From positions 1 through 62,862 of the forward strand of contig JAHFKS010000001.1 of assembly GCA_023245215.1 (NCBI GenBank): 62,862 bases of DNA, read 5' to 3'. Source of the DNA: Candidatus Microgenomates bacterium. Its GTDB lineage: Bacteria > Patescibacteriota > Microgenomatia > UBA1406 > GWC2-37-13. The first letter of the stretch is position 1. Every line of letters starts with the position of its first letter. Positions 19,396-29,337 of the stretch are shown here, piece after piece. The position numbers and the translations under genes are program-made. A model generated the notes under the pieces. The model did no database searches. It worked only from the letters and a program-made list of their open reading frames with translations, and was not told the DNA's origin.

Positions 19396-20694
19396 ATGGC
19401 TTATTCAGATCTTTATATAGGGCAGAAACCAAAAATCCCGACTTTGGCTGGGGTGCTGGTTATAGTTTTTGTGGCGGTGTTTTTCTTGTCATTGACAAAC
19501 CAGTCGGCGCTGCCTTCAAAAGCCTCCCGCGCCAACTTGAAAAGGATTGAAGTCACCAACCTTAATCCTATACAAGTGAGCATTTTTTGGCAGAGCCAGG
19601 AAAAAGAAACCGGCTGGATAGTCTATGGCGAAAAAGAAAATCAATTGACAGGCATCAGCTTGGACGACCGGGATGTGGAAGAAAAAAAGGGCAGCTATTT
19701 CAACCACTATGTCACCCTGAAAAATCTAAAACCGGGACGGCAGTATTTTTATGCAGTTGTAGCGGCGGACAAAAAAACCGTCAAACCGGACGGTAGCTAC
19801 TTCGATTTTAGAACACCTTTGGTTTCATCTGCCAAGACAAAACTAAGCCCTGCCAACGGCAAGGTCTTGCGGACTAACCTGACGCCGGTAAATGATGCCG
19901 TGGTTGTTATCAATGTAGACGAAAAGACCGCAGCACTCTCCACATTAACAAAGGATTCGGGCGAATGGTTGATACCTTTGAATTCTTTTTACGACAAGAA
20001 GTCCCAGCAGGAAAAGACTTTTTCCGGAAATGAAAAAGCCAAAGTGGAAATCCTGAGCGAAGACGGCGAGCTTTCAACCATCATAAGTAATTTGAATAAT
20101 ATGTCTATGAATACGGAAACGATAATAATCGGCAAAAATTATAATTTCCTCCAGGGAGAAAATGTTCTTTCCGTAAATACAGGTTTTAACTCGGCCGGCG
20201 CGAGCCAGCAGGTGGAAGTTGTTTATCCTCAGGAAGGCGCCCTCATCCCAGGGAGAAAACCTCTTGTAAAAGGAACGGCCATACCGGGAGCTAAAGTATC
20301 AATCACCATCAACTCGGCAAAAACTTTTTCGGCAGAAATAAAGGCCGACAGGGACGGCAACTGGAACTACTTGATTCCGGACAATCTTGAGTTGGGCCAG
20401 CACACGATTACGATAAAAACAAAAGATTCGCACGGCGCTGAAAAGCTGCTAGTGAGGAAGTTTACTATTGTCGCCAACGAAGGCCCGGAAGCCAAAGTTT
20501 TGGGATTGGCGAGCGGCAGCCCGACGCTGACCATGACGCCGACGCCGACAACACCTATTTATAACAACCCGACGGCAACAGTTACTATTGCCCCGACCGG
20601 TGAGTTAAAGAGGTCGGGGTCATTCGACCTGACGCCTATAGTAGGCGGCTTGTCATTAATAATTGTCGGGGGAGGGGTATTACTTGCTTTCTAG
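19396..20694 (+). CDS. Surface protein with FN3-like and Ig-like domains, PT linker and C-terminal sorting-like tail
   Basis: HYVTLKNLKPGRQYFY, GTAIPGAKV, DGNWNY; TPTP linker; LKRSG then hydrophobic end. Confidence 0.75.
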   Translation: MAYSDLYIGQKPKIPTLAGVLVIVFVAVFFLSLTNQSALPSKASRANLKRIEVTNLNPIQVSIFWQSQEKETGWIVYGEKENQLTGISLDDRDVEEKKGSYFNHYVTLKNLKPGRQYFYAVVAADKKTVKPDGSYFDFRTPLVSSAKTKLSPANGKVLRTNLTPVNDAVVVINVDEKTAALSTLTKDSGEWLIPLNSFYDKKSQQEKTFSGNEKAKVEILSEDGELSTIISNLNNMSMNTETIIIGKNYNFLQGENVLSVNTGFNSAGASQQVEVVYPQEGALIPGRKPLVKGTAIPGAKVSITINSAKTFSAEIKADRDGNWNYLIPDNLELGQHTITIKTKDSHGAEKLLVRKFTIVANEGPEAKVLGLASGSPTLTMTPTPTTPIYNNPTATVTIAPTGELKRSGSFDLTPIVGGLSLIIVGGGVLLAF

Positions 20695-20719
20695 TACGTT
20701 TTTCAGATAGAATAAAATT

Positions 20720-21481
20720 ATGGATGTATTTACAGCGCTTTCGTACTTAAATAAAATCAGCCTGTTTGCTTTTATAATTACGGCCGGTTTCTTGATCTAC
20801 CAGTTTTACTTGTTGAGGAAAGAATCTTCTTCCGACCCGAAAAAGCAGCCGACGATTACAGATTTCAACCAAAATACCAAAGTCGAACTTTTGAATTACA
20901 CCAGGCTTCCGGTTTCTATGGCGCCCGCCCAGGCACCCGTAATGAAAAAAGAAGTCAGGATGGTGCCGATTGCCATAGGCGCCGGACTTTTGGTTTTGAC
21001 TTTGGGAGTTTTCCTTGTCCTGAACACAAAAAAAATGGCGCCTGAAGTCTCAAACGCAGTTCCGACACCGACTTTAATTGCCAATCCGACTTTGAAAATC
21101 AGCAAGCCGCCCACACCCACGCCGGGCAAATTCATGGCCGGCGGCCTGACAGCAACGCCTTCAGGGACTTTGACAACAACTCCTACAATAACTCCGACAA
21201 AAGCCCCTTCACCATCGCCGACTGTTAAACTCACGCTGACGGTTACAACTACTCCTGCCTTATCAGGAACGGGAACGCCGTCACCGACAGAAGTAATCCT
21301 GACGCTTGTCAGCCCGACCGTGACTATGACGCCGACTCTCATGCCTTCTTCAGGCGCCGCGGCATCTGGATCAGCAGCGCCGACGGCAATTGCCAGCCTG
21401 CCTTTGACCGGGGTAGTGGATAAGAGTCTGGCTTTTTTTGGAGTGGCTTCGTTCTTAATCCTTTTTTCCTTTGTTTTTTAA
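20720..21481 (+). CDS. Thr/Pro-rich membrane protein with LPxTG signal
   Basis: Two N-terminal TMs, long T/P stalk, LPLTG at 21398-21412, hydrophobic C-terminus. Confidence 0.75.
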   Translation: MDVFTALSYLNKISLFAFIITAGFLIYQFYLLRKESSSDPKKQPTITDFNQNTKVELLNYTRLPVSMAPAQAPVMKKEVRMVPIAIGAGLLVLTLGVFLVLNTKKMAPEVSNAVPTPTLIANPTLKISKPPTPTPGKFMAGGLTATPSGTLTTTPTITPTKAPSPSPTVKLTLTVTTTPALSGTGTPSPTEVILTLVSPTVTMTPTLMPSSGAAASGSAAPTAIASLPLTGVVDKSLAFFGVASFLILFSFVF

Positions 21482-22498
21482 TCCTTCGCAGTTTGACAGA
21501 CCTTTTAAGTTGCAGATAATATATTGATGGATTAATGTGTAGTCTTTGTCTGTTGGAACCAGGACCCAAAGGCCGTCGTATTGGGCTGTGCCAAGAGGCG
21601 GGTTCGTAAAAAAATCTTCACTGAAAGATATTCTTTCCTGTTTGAAATTTCCTTTTAAAACGATATTCCTGGCGATGATGGCTGCCTGCTGATTTGTCAT
21701 GTCCCGCTTGACGAGTTTGTCAATGATATCATACACTTTTTGGTAGTTTTTTAAGTTGGGTTTTTTGGCCAGTCCTATCAGTTTGATTTCTACTGCCTGG
21801 AAAACTTTTTGCTGTCGTTTTTCGCGGGCAAAATCAGTACCTTCGTCGCCATCGGCGTTTCTCGAGCGGCTGAAATTGAGGGCGGTTTCCCCGTCCATAT
21901 TGGTTTTTCCTTGAGTAAAAGAGACCGTTTTATAGCGGCAGGCAAAAGTCTTGTCTCCGCTGCATTCGTCGTTTTCTTTTCCGGCGATCGGGAACTTTTT
22001 ATCAACGAAAGACCTTTCGACATCGACATTGACTCCTCCCAGAAAATCAATCAGCTCCTTGAACTGCTGGAAGTCTATTACGGCTGCATATTGTATTGGC
22101 AGACCGACGACTTCTTCGATCTCGGCTTTGGCTAAAATAAAGCCGCCGCCGTTCGGCTTTTTGGCCTCGCCGTATGCATAGGCAGAGTTGATTTTATCGT
22201 TGAGGGTGGCGCTCCAGAGGTCGCGCGGGATGGAGATGGTTGTCAGCTTGTTTGTCTTGAAATTATAGTTGAAGACGATGTTGGAGTCGGAGAGGTTCGG
22301 GCCGTCGTGCTTGCCTCCGGCAATGCCCATCATCAGTATATTTACCTGGTCGTCATAAGTTTTGAGGGAGTCTTTAAAGAAAAGAGCCTTGATAATCGAT
22401 ACTTTAAGTGTTTTATTGACAAAAACAAGATAAGGGCGGGCCAGCAAAAGTAGGATAATAAAAACAAAAGCGGCAGCAGCGATAATTTTCAATTTCAT
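21455..22498 (-). CDS. LCP (LytR-CpsA-Psr) glycopolymer ligase
   Basis: NILMMG, LSDS, SIPRD, KINSAY, DFAREKRQQ. Confidence 0.92.
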   Translation of the reverse strand: MKLKIIAAAAFVFIILLLLARPYLVFVNKTLKVSIIKALFFKDSLKTYDDQVNILMMGIAGGKHDGPNLSDSNIVFNYNFKTNKLTTISIPRDLWSATLNDKINSAYAYGEAKKPNGGGFILAKAEIEEVVGLPIQYAAVIDFQQFKELIDFLGGVNVDVERSFVDKKFPIAGKENDECSGDKTFACRYKTVSFTQGKTNMDGETALNFSRSRNADGDEGTDFAREKRQQKVFQAVEIKLIGLAKKPNLKNYQKVYDIIDKLVKRDMTNQQAAIIARNIVLKGNFKQERISFSEDFFTNPPLGTAQYDGLWVLVPTDKDYTLIHQYIICNLKGLSNCEGLKNKGKKD

Positions 22499-22529
22499 AT
22501 GTCTAAATTTTCAAATATAATTATACTTC

Positions 22530-24284
22530 ATGTCTATTGATAATATTCTGAAGAGTTTAAACCCCCAGCAGAAAGAAGCTGTTCTTTATCACCATGGCGC
22601 GTCAATAATCCTGGCCGGAGCCGGAAGCGGCAAGACAAGAGTTTTGATTTCCAAGGTGATAAATTTGATACGAGGCCACGACGTCAATCCAAAGTCTATT
22701 TTGATGATTACTTTTACCAACAAGGCGGCCGGGGAGATGAAGGCTAGGATCGGAGTAAGCTATTCTCTCGGATATGTCGGCACCTTCCATTCATTCTGCG
22801 CCAGGGTTTTGCGCATCGACGGCCAGTTCATCGGTCTGAAAAGAAATTTCCTCATCTACGACGAGGAAGACCAGATCGGCGTCATCAAATCGGTTTTGAA
22901 AAAGATAAGCCTCAATAAAAAATACACGCCTTCTTATTTTCTCAACCGGATATCGGCGGCGAAAAACCAGCTCATAAGCCCGGAAAAATATTTGGATGTT
23001 TTTTCCGACTATGCCTCGAGCGACACCAACCTGATTTACCAGGCCTACCAAAAAGAGTTGAAGGAAAATAACGCCCTGGATTTTGACGACTTAATTAACG
23101 TGACAATAAAATTGTTTACAAAAAATAAGCAGGTGCTGGAAAGATACCAGGACAGGTATAAATATATTTTGGTCGACGAATTCCAGGATACGAACTATGT
23201 CCAGTATTTTTTGACAAAGCTGTTGGGGGCAAAATACAAAAACGTCACCGTAGTCGGGGACTTTTCCCAGAGCATCTATTCCTGGCGGGGAGCCGAGATA
23301 AAAAATCTGGAAAAGTTCAAGACCGACTTCCCCAGGACAAAGGTTTTTTATCTCGAAAGGAACTACCGCTCGACCCAGGCTATCCTCAACTTTGCCTTCG
23401 ACGTGATTTCAAAAAACCAGACGCACCCGATCCTGGGACTTTATACCGATAAAAAAGGCGGCGAAGAAGTGGTATTTTATGAGGCGGCCAACGAGGAAGA
23501 CGAAGGCATATACGTTGCCAACATGATAAACGATTTGAAATCAGGCCAGCGCCTGGACGAGATGGCGGTTCTGTACCGGACCAATGCCCAGTCGCGTGCC
23601 CTCGAAGAAGTATTCCTCCACTACGGCATCCCGTATGTTTTGATAGGCGGGACCAGGTTCTACGAAAGAAAAGAGGTCAAGGATGTTTTGAGCTACCTCC
23701 GTTTGCTGGTCAATCCGGTCGACAAGCTGTCAAAAGAAAGGATTATTAAATTGGGAAAGACGAGGTGGGAAAAGTTCCGGGAATATTATGACAAGAATAA
23801 GGAAGAAGCCGTTAATAAAAATACCGATAAAGTCATCGAGGAGGTTTTCCAGGCGACCGGTTATCTTAAACTGTATGACCCGGAGACCGAAGAGGACTAT
23901 TCCCGTTTGGAAAACATCAAGGAGTTGAAATCAGTCGCCGTTGTTTTTCCTTCATTGAGCGAGTTTTTGGAGCAGGTGGCTTTGGTCGAGTCGGAATATT
24001 TTGAAGGGGAGAAAAAAGGGAGGAATAAAAACGGCGTCAGGCTGATGACTCTGCACCAGGCCAAGGGTCTGGAGTTCCCGGTCGTTTTTGTCGTCGGGGT
24101 CGAGGAGGGGATTCTACCCCATTCGCGGTCTTTTGATGATATATATTCATTAGAGGAGGAACGCCGATTGTTCTATGTCGGCATAACAAGAGCCAAGGAA
24201 AGACTTTACATTACCTACACTCGCCAGCGCTTTATTTTCGGGTCTAGGAGCTACTCAATGAAGTCGAGGTTTTTGGAGGAATAA
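22530..24284 (+). CDS. pcrA: ATP-dependent DNA helicase UvrD/PcrA
   Basis: AGAGSGKT, TFTNKAA, VDEFQDTN, NYRST, TLHQAKGLEF, EERRLFYVGITRA. Confidence 0.93.
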   Translation: MSIDNILKSLNPQQKEAVLYHHGASIILAGAGSGKTRVLISKVINLIRGHDVNPKSILMITFTNKAAGEMKARIGVSYSLGYVGTFHSFCARVLRIDGQFIGLKRNFLIYDEEDQIGVIKSVLKKISLNKKYTPSYFLNRISAAKNQLISPEKYLDVFSDYASSDTNLIYQAYQKELKENNALDFDDLINVTIKLFTKNKQVLERYQDRYKYILVDEFQDTNYVQYFLTKLLGAKYKNVTVVGDFSQSIYSWRGAEIKNLEKFKTDFPRTKVFYLERNYRSTQAILNFAFDVISKNQTHPILGLYTDKKGGEEVVFYEAANEEDEGIYVANMINDLKSGQRLDEMAVLYRTNAQSRALEEVFLHYGIPYVLIGGTRFYERKEVKDVLSYLRLLVNPVDKLSKERIIKLGKTRWEKFREYYDKNKEEAVNKNTDKVIEEVFQATGYLKLYDPETEEDYSRLENIKELKSVAVVFPSLSEFLEQVALVESEYFEGEKKGRNKNGVRLMTLHQAKGLEFPVVFVVGVEEGILPHSRSFDDIYSLEEERRLFYVGITRAKERLYITYTRQRFIFGSRSYSMKSRFLEE

Positions 24285-24376
24285 TCTTCAATTACTTGCG
24301 GTGATTATAGCATCATTATAAGATAACCTAAAGAGGTTTATAGAAATTCAGCTTTTAATGTGTTATACTATAGGTT

Positions 24377-24613
24377 ATGAAAACTGAATTTAGAGGCAGT
24401 TTCGTACAAAACTTAGGTTTTGCTTCGGCCAAAGGCGTCAGCGCCGTTAAAGCAGGTGTCGCTGTCGTTTTAGGTAGGGACAAGTCTTTCAATCATTCCT
24501 ACCAGTTAAAAGTCATGGAAGAGGCCAGGCACCCCAATATGCTGGCTGCAAAAGGCTGGGCGGCGATTATAGCTACCCTTATGGTTTCTTCTCTTATCGC
24601 CAATTCGTTATAA
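24377..24613 (+). CDS. Hypothetical protein with hydrophobic C-terminus
   Basis: 78 aa ORF directly after TGTTATACT. Confidence 0.55.
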   Translation: MKTEFRGSFVQNLGFASAKGVSAVKAGVAVVLGRDKSFNHSYQLKVMEEARHPNMLAAKGWAAIIATLMVSSLIANSL

Positions 24614-24643
24614 AAAGTTATTTTGTTATACTGATAAAAGAAT

Positions 24644-25240
24644 ATGTTCAAGGATAAAACAGGAAAAAGTTTGACTATGAGCGAAGCGTTTGCAAAAATA
24701 ATCAACCGGATTAAAAACATCTGGATGGAATTGGTGGTTTTTAAACTTCATTTAACCGGCTGCATTCCTTCCCATTCTTTCCGGAGATTTGTCTACAGGA
24801 TTTTCGGAATAAAAATCGGCAAAGGTTCAGCCATCCATATGAAAGCCAGATTTTATGATCCGAGGAATATTTCCATAGGCGAAGATACGATTATCGGTGA
24901 AGGAGCTGTCCTTGATGGAAGAGCCAAACTGAAAATTGGGGACCACGTCGACATCGCAACCGATGTTATGATCTACAATTCTCAGCACGACATCGAAGAC
25001 GAAAATTTCGCCGCCGAAGACAAACCGGTGACGATCGAAGACTATGTTTTTATCGGACCCCGTTCGATAATCCTTCCGGGAGTGACCGTCGGCCGCGGAG
25101 CCATTGTCGCCGCCGGAGCCGTCGTCAGCAAAGACGTTCCGCCCAACGCTGTCGTCGGAGGAGTTCCCGCCAAAATCATCGGCGAGCGTAAGCTGAAAAC
25201 CTATTCTTACAAACTCGGCCGTCCAAGACTCTTCAGATAA
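24644..25240 (+). CDS. Hexapeptide-repeat acyltransferase (sugar O-acetyltransferase-like)
   Basis: Left-handed beta-helix repeats [35 protein letters not shown]. Confidence 0.9.
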   Translation: MFKDKTGKSLTMSEAFAKIINRIKNIWMELVVFKLHLTGCIPSHSFRRFVYRIFGIKIGKGSAIHMKARFYDPRNISIGEDTIIGEGAVLDGRAKLKIGDHVDIATDVMIYNSQHDIEDENFAAEDKPVTIEDYVFIGPRSIILPGVTVGRGAIVAAGAVVSKDVPPNAVVGGVPAKIIGERKLKTYSYKLGRPRLFR

Positions 25241-25258
25241 AAGTGGTAAAATATCGTC

Positions 25259-25879
25259 ATGGTAGAAGCGATGATTCCGCGGGTGGAAGGCGTTGGAAGG
25301 CAGTGGAACAGACGGCACGAAGTTCGTAAAGGATCTGTTATAAAAAAAGCTAAATCTCCAAGAATCCCCAGAGTAATACAAGCATTATCAGAAACAGCTG
25401 AACTAAGTTATTTTCCTTTAGCTGATTTACCAGCGAGAGATATTGACCCGTCAACTTTACCTCATGTGACTATGGAAGCCATGGCTAAAATATTGTCTGA
25501 TGCAGCCCTCGAAAAAAACAGTCTGGCGAATGCGCGCAAAAAAAAGACTTCCATTCCAACATCTCCTGTCAATAAAGCGGCCTACCGTCCGATAAAAAAA
25601 ATGGGGTCACCCCATGAGCAGCGGAAACAAGTAGAAATTAGGAAATTAAACGATATTATCCGGAGTGTTTTGGGAGGAGTATGGACATACGAGCAGCTTT
25701 CATTATTAATGTTCGGTTCGGGACATATTGTGACTGAGCCAAGATTTGCTCCGGAGGCTCCTATCCGCCCTCTTAGACCTTCAAAGTTAAATGCAGTCGG
25801 TAAAGGCGAAGCGAAAATAATCCGCCGCCTGCATAGAAAAAACAAACTGGCCCAGAAGGGAAGAGTTTATACTTACTGA
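25259..25879 (+). CDS. Hypothetical basic protein
   Basis: 206 aa ORF with TGGTAAAAT 6 nt upstream; no recognised motif. Confidence 0.6.
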   Translation: MVEAMIPRVEGVGRQWNRRHEVRKGSVIKKAKSPRIPRVIQALSETAELSYFPLADLPARDIDPSTLPHVTMEAMAKILSDAALEKNSLANARKKKTSIPTSPVNKAAYRPIKKMGSPHEQRKQVEIRKLNDIIRSVLGGVWTYEQLSLLMFGSGHIVTEPRFAPEAPIRPLRPSKLNAVGKGEAKIIRRLHRKNKLAQKGRVYTY

Positions 25880-25908
25880 AATTGTTCGGAATCTGTTACT
25901 ATGTTAGT

Positions 25909-27030
25909 GTGAGTTCCTCATCTTTTAGGAAACTATTTTCTTTCTTAATTTTTCTAAGCCTTTTGACAGGTCTCATGTTACTTTCTCCCAATGTTTTTGC
26001 CCAGGTTCCTTCTACACTTACTGTTAATGTTGAAATAGCGCCGTCATATGATACTGGAAAATTCAACATATCAATCGATGGAAATACAGTCGCAACTGAT
26101 TTGGGAAACGGGACAACAGGCACAGTTTCTGTTCCCCTTGGTTCGGTTGCTGTCAGTGAAACCGCCGGATCAAATACAGACCCTTCGAATTATTTAAAAA
26201 TCTATTCATGTTCTGACGGGTCTATAGGCAACGGGACTGACTTTACAATTAATATACTAGTTGGGCAAAGTTACACCTGTACTTTTTCAAATACCAGTCA
26301 GATTAATTTACCAAATACACCAACCCCGACAGAAACGCCGACCCCGGCGCCGACGCTGCCTGCGCCTACAGTGGCTTCAAATACACCGACTCCAACCTCA
26401 ACTCAATCCAGCTCAAGCAGTTCAAATAACTATCCGACTAATACTCCGACTCCAGCATCGTCCAATACGGCCTGTTATAGTACAAAGCCGGGAAGCGCTC
26501 CTTATATAACGTCGGCAGCCGCCGGGAAGAACAGCGTTACATTAATTTGGTCAGAGGCAGCTTCGCCGGTCAGCTACTATCTCGTCGCCTACGGTTTATC
26601 TTCGGGTTCATTGGCTTTTGGCAATCCCGATGTCGGCGGAGCAGGGACAACCAGTTACACAATCTCAGGATTATCAGGCGGAACAAAGTATTATTTCAGA
26701 GTCCGTGCGGGCAACGGCTGCGCCCCTGGAGATTATTCCAACGAAGTTTCCGCGACGCCTGGTGGAGTCCTTCTGACTACTCCGGCCGCCGGATTTACCC
26801 AGGACGTCCTCGGCGAGGCGACCTCTTCGGGTCTGCCGAAAGTAAACTTTTCCAGTCCTCCCCAGGTGCTGGGTGCAGGGACGACGACTAATAAACAGGA
26901 AGACAATTTTTTCCTCAAATATAAATGGTATCTGCTTTTTCTTCTGCTTATCCACGTAATAATTTACCTTTATTACACCAAAAAAATTCCTGATTTAAAA
27001 AATATATTCCTCAAAAAAGTGGTAAAATAG
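25909..27030 (+). CDS. Secreted FN3-domain surface protein with PT/S linker and C-terminal TM
   Basis: Signal peptide (VFA-Q), TISGLSGGTKYYFRVRAGNGCAPG..SNE; GTG start chosen because TGTTACTAT lies 6 nt upstream. Confidence 0.8.
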   Translation: MSSSSFRKLFSFLIFLSLLTGLMLLSPNVFAQVPSTLTVNVEIAPSYDTGKFNISIDGNTVATDLGNGTTGTVSVPLGSVAVSETAGSNTDPSNYLKIYSCSDGSIGNGTDFTINILVGQSYTCTFSNTSQINLPNTPTPTETPTPAPTLPAPTVASNTPTPTSTQSSSSSSNNYPTNTPTPASSNTACYSTKPGSAPYITSAAAGKNSVTLIWSEAASPVSYYLVAYGLSSGSLAFGNPDVGGAGTTSYTISGLSGGTKYYFRVRAGNGCAPGDYSNEVSATPGGVLLTTPAAGFTQDVLGEATSSGLPKVNFSSPPQVLGAGTTTNKQEDNFFLKYKWYLLFLLLIHVIIYLYYTKKIPDLKNIFLKKVVK

Positions 27031-27036
27031 AGCGTC

Positions 27037-27516
27037 ATGACAGAGCGCTTATATAATTACCTCACTGTCGGCCTGGCTTTATCGGCGGTCTCGCCGAAAA
27101 GAGAAGAAGTAATGAGATTTACAAACTTCGACAACCCGGTTCTTTGGAAAAAAAGACCGTATGTCCACGAGTTTGCTTTGGTGCGGGCTTCTTTTGGATT
27201 ACTGGAAAGGCATGGGGAACTGGATAAAAGTTTTTGCGAAAACATGGCTTTTGTTTTGGAATGGATTGGCCAACTCAATAAAAGCCAGTTAAAAGAAAGA
27301 AACGGAAGGGCAGAGCCTTTATTTTTAGACCTGGACAGCAAGGACCAAATAAACCAGCAGATAATTAATTTAAGAAGGCCGGATGCTGCTGAAAATCCTT
27401 TTACATCAATTACTTTGAGCGTATTTTTGGGCGGCTGCGCAAAAGCCTTAAGCGAATTCCAAATTATGGACAACGGGGGCGCTCCTTCCGGTCCAGCGCC
27501 GGAACAATTCGCCTGA
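27037..27516 (+). CDS. Hypothetical protein
   Basis: 159 aa ORF, TGGTAAAAT upstream. Confidence 0.65.
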   Translation: MTERLYNYLTVGLALSAVSPKREEVMRFTNFDNPVLWKKRPYVHEFALVRASFGLLERHGELDKSFCENMAFVLEWIGQLNKSQLKERNGRAEPLFLDLDSKDQINQQIINLRRPDAAENPFTSITLSVFLGGCAKALSEFQIMDNGGAPSGPAPEQFA

Positions 27517-27526
27517 ATAAAAATAT

Positions 27527-28198
27527 ATGGGAGTCGAAACAAACTATCTACCGGATAAATTGGGAATAAGAATGCTGGGTGGTATAACAACAGATAATCA
27601 TATTCTATTGCCGACTTTGAAACCGTCGGAATTTTTTGGAGCCTTTTGGCATGAATACGGCCACCCGATTGGAAAAGCGCTTTCATTTTTGCAGGGTCAG
27701 GTTTTGACCCCGGATGAAGTAATGGCTACGGCTATTCCACTCAGCCTACCAACCAGGACAAAGTTAATGTACGATCTGATGTTTCATGATAAGCCCAAAG
27801 CCGGTTTAAATGAAGCACTCGTTCCAACAGCGATGAAAGTTTTGAAAGTCTTTACCAAGGGCAACTTTGATTTTTCAAAATATATTCTTGAGCTGGATTA
27901 TCCTTATGGTGAACTGGTAAAAAGAGTCCAGAGAGATCCTAACAATGTGACTGTTACGACCGATGAGCTGGGGGAATTGAAGGGAATTGCCAGTAAAGAA
28001 GGTAGGAAGACAGAATTATCGCCGATTGCTGTTGAAGCCGGGTGCAACAAGATATTGGCAAACAGCATAAGTTCCTTATTAACCTATAAGTTTGAACGGG
28101 TGGATCATGATAGTTCGCACGCCAAAGCCTGGACAGTCGTCCATCGGGCGTACTCGCAAAAAGGCTACATAATCCCTTCGGAAAAAGATCTCACTTAG
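27527..28198 (+). CDS. Hypothetical protein with HExxH (HEYGH) motif, possible zinc metallopeptidase
   Basis: FFGAFWHEYGHP; downstream Glu in AVEAG. Confidence 0.5.
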   Translation: MGVETNYLPDKLGIRMLGGITTDNHILLPTLKPSEFFGAFWHEYGHPIGKALSFLQGQVLTPDEVMATAIPLSLPTRTKLMYDLMFHDKPKAGLNEALVPTAMKVLKVFTKGNFDFSKYILELDYPYGELVKRVQRDPNNVTVTTDELGELKGIASKEGRKTELSPIAVEAGCNKILANSISSLLTYKFERVDHDSSHAKAWTVVHRAYSQKGYIIPSEKDLT

Positions 28199-28221
28199 TT
28201 CGATAATATTCCATTTTCCTA

Positions 28222-28252
28222 ACCCGCCTCCACTCCTAACCTCCAACTTCTA
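28222..28252. repeat. Degenerate C-rich heptamer array
   Basis: ...ACTCCTA ACCTCCA ACTTCTA in an intergenic gap. Confidence 0.35.
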
Positions 28253-28280
28253 TGGATAAAAGTGCTAAAATAACGTTAAC

Positions 28281-28781
28281 ATGTTGCCAGAACAGCTGCA
28301 TCCAAGACACTTTGCTCCTCTTCACGAGCTTTTTGACTTTGCCAGAAACGCCCTCGTCGAAAACCCAAACATGTATGGCATCAAATTGAAAAACCATAAC
28401 CAGGAATATTTTGCCGGCTTGAAGGAAAGGATTGCCAGGGGAAAAAGGTCGGTGAGGAGATTTGACAAGGCTTTGAAGCTTCTGCAGGAAGCAGTAGTCG
28501 ATCATAACTTTGAAGAAGTCAGCAAAGTTTCTTATCCGGAAGCCAATCGCGAGGTCAGACAGATTCTCCATCTGCTTACCTGGGGCTACCTGCGTCAGAA
28601 TTTAGATAATAAGGGTTTGGATATCAATATGATTATTGAGAGCAATAAAAAACAGCTTTCGTCTCTGGCCCAAAATCTTGGGCGGCCGGTGGAAAGAATA
28701 ACCGTCGCTGAACTGGCCCAGGCTGTCATGAGGGGCGACTTCAATCCCTCCTTTCTCTCCGTCGCCACCCCGCTCCCGTAA
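28281..28781 (+). CDS. Hypothetical helical protein
   Basis: 166 aa ORF, TGCTAAAAT upstream. Confidence 0.65.
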   Translation: MLPEQLHPRHFAPLHELFDFARNALVENPNMYGIKLKNHNQEYFAGLKERIARGKRSVRRFDKALKLLQEAVVDHNFEEVSKVSYPEANREVRQILHLLTWGYLRQNLDNKGLDINMIIESNKKQLSSLAQNLGRPVERITVAELAQAVMRGDFNPSFLSVATPLP

Positions 28782-28884
28782 TCTTATTACTCCATTTTTC
28801 ATTAATCAGTTTCCAAACCTTCTTTCCAATTTCCGTGCCCATTTGTAGACTATACGCTACAAGAGTAGTACAATGTAAGAAATC

Positions 28885-29283
28885 ATGAAAAAGGTTTGGG
28901 TTGTTTTGACAATCTTTATTTTACTTATATTATCTCCTTCTGTAATATTTGCTCATCCGGGTAGAACAGCCGCAGATGGATGCCATTATTGTCGAACAAA
29001 CTGTGATTATTGGGGTGTTCCGTGGAATGAAAGACATTGTCATGGGGGAGGAAGTGTCCAAGGAATTCAAGTACCTATAAATACTCCTATTCCGTTACCA
29101 ACATGGACACCTATTCCTACTAATACACCAATACCAACTAATATTCCGACTCCTACAAATACTCCAACGCCTGCGCCGACAAAAATAATTAAACCAAAAA
29201 CTAATAAGCTAAATAGATCTAATAAAGTTAAAAAACAAACTGCTAAAAAGAAAACCTTTTGGCAATGGTTATTCGGAAAATAA
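28885..29283 (+). CDS. YHYH-domain secreted protein with PT linker
   Basis: Signal peptide then HPGRT..DGCHYCRTNC..WG....HCH. Confidence 0.75.
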   Translation: MKKVWVVLTIFILLILSPSVIFAHPGRTAADGCHYCRTNCDYWGVPWNERHCHGGGSVQGIQVPINTPIPLPTWTPIPTNTPIPTNIPTPTNTPTPAPTKIIKPKTNKLNRSNKVKKQTAKKKTFWQWLFGK

Positions 29284-29337
29284 TCACTTGTTTTCTCTTG
29301 CAAAGCTCTAAAAAAGGAGTATAACTATGGCAAATTT

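Noticed and set aside
21060-21340. DNA tandem repeats in Pro/Thr tracts (also ~26320-26460 and ~29080-29180)
   Set aside because: Synonymous codons vary, so the repetition is at protein level
27057-27686. 209-aa minus-strand ORF and similar antisense ORFs (e.g. 5641-6141, 8384-8926, 24827-25381, 37654-38268)
   Set aside because: They shadow better-supported genes on the opposite strand and show no motifs
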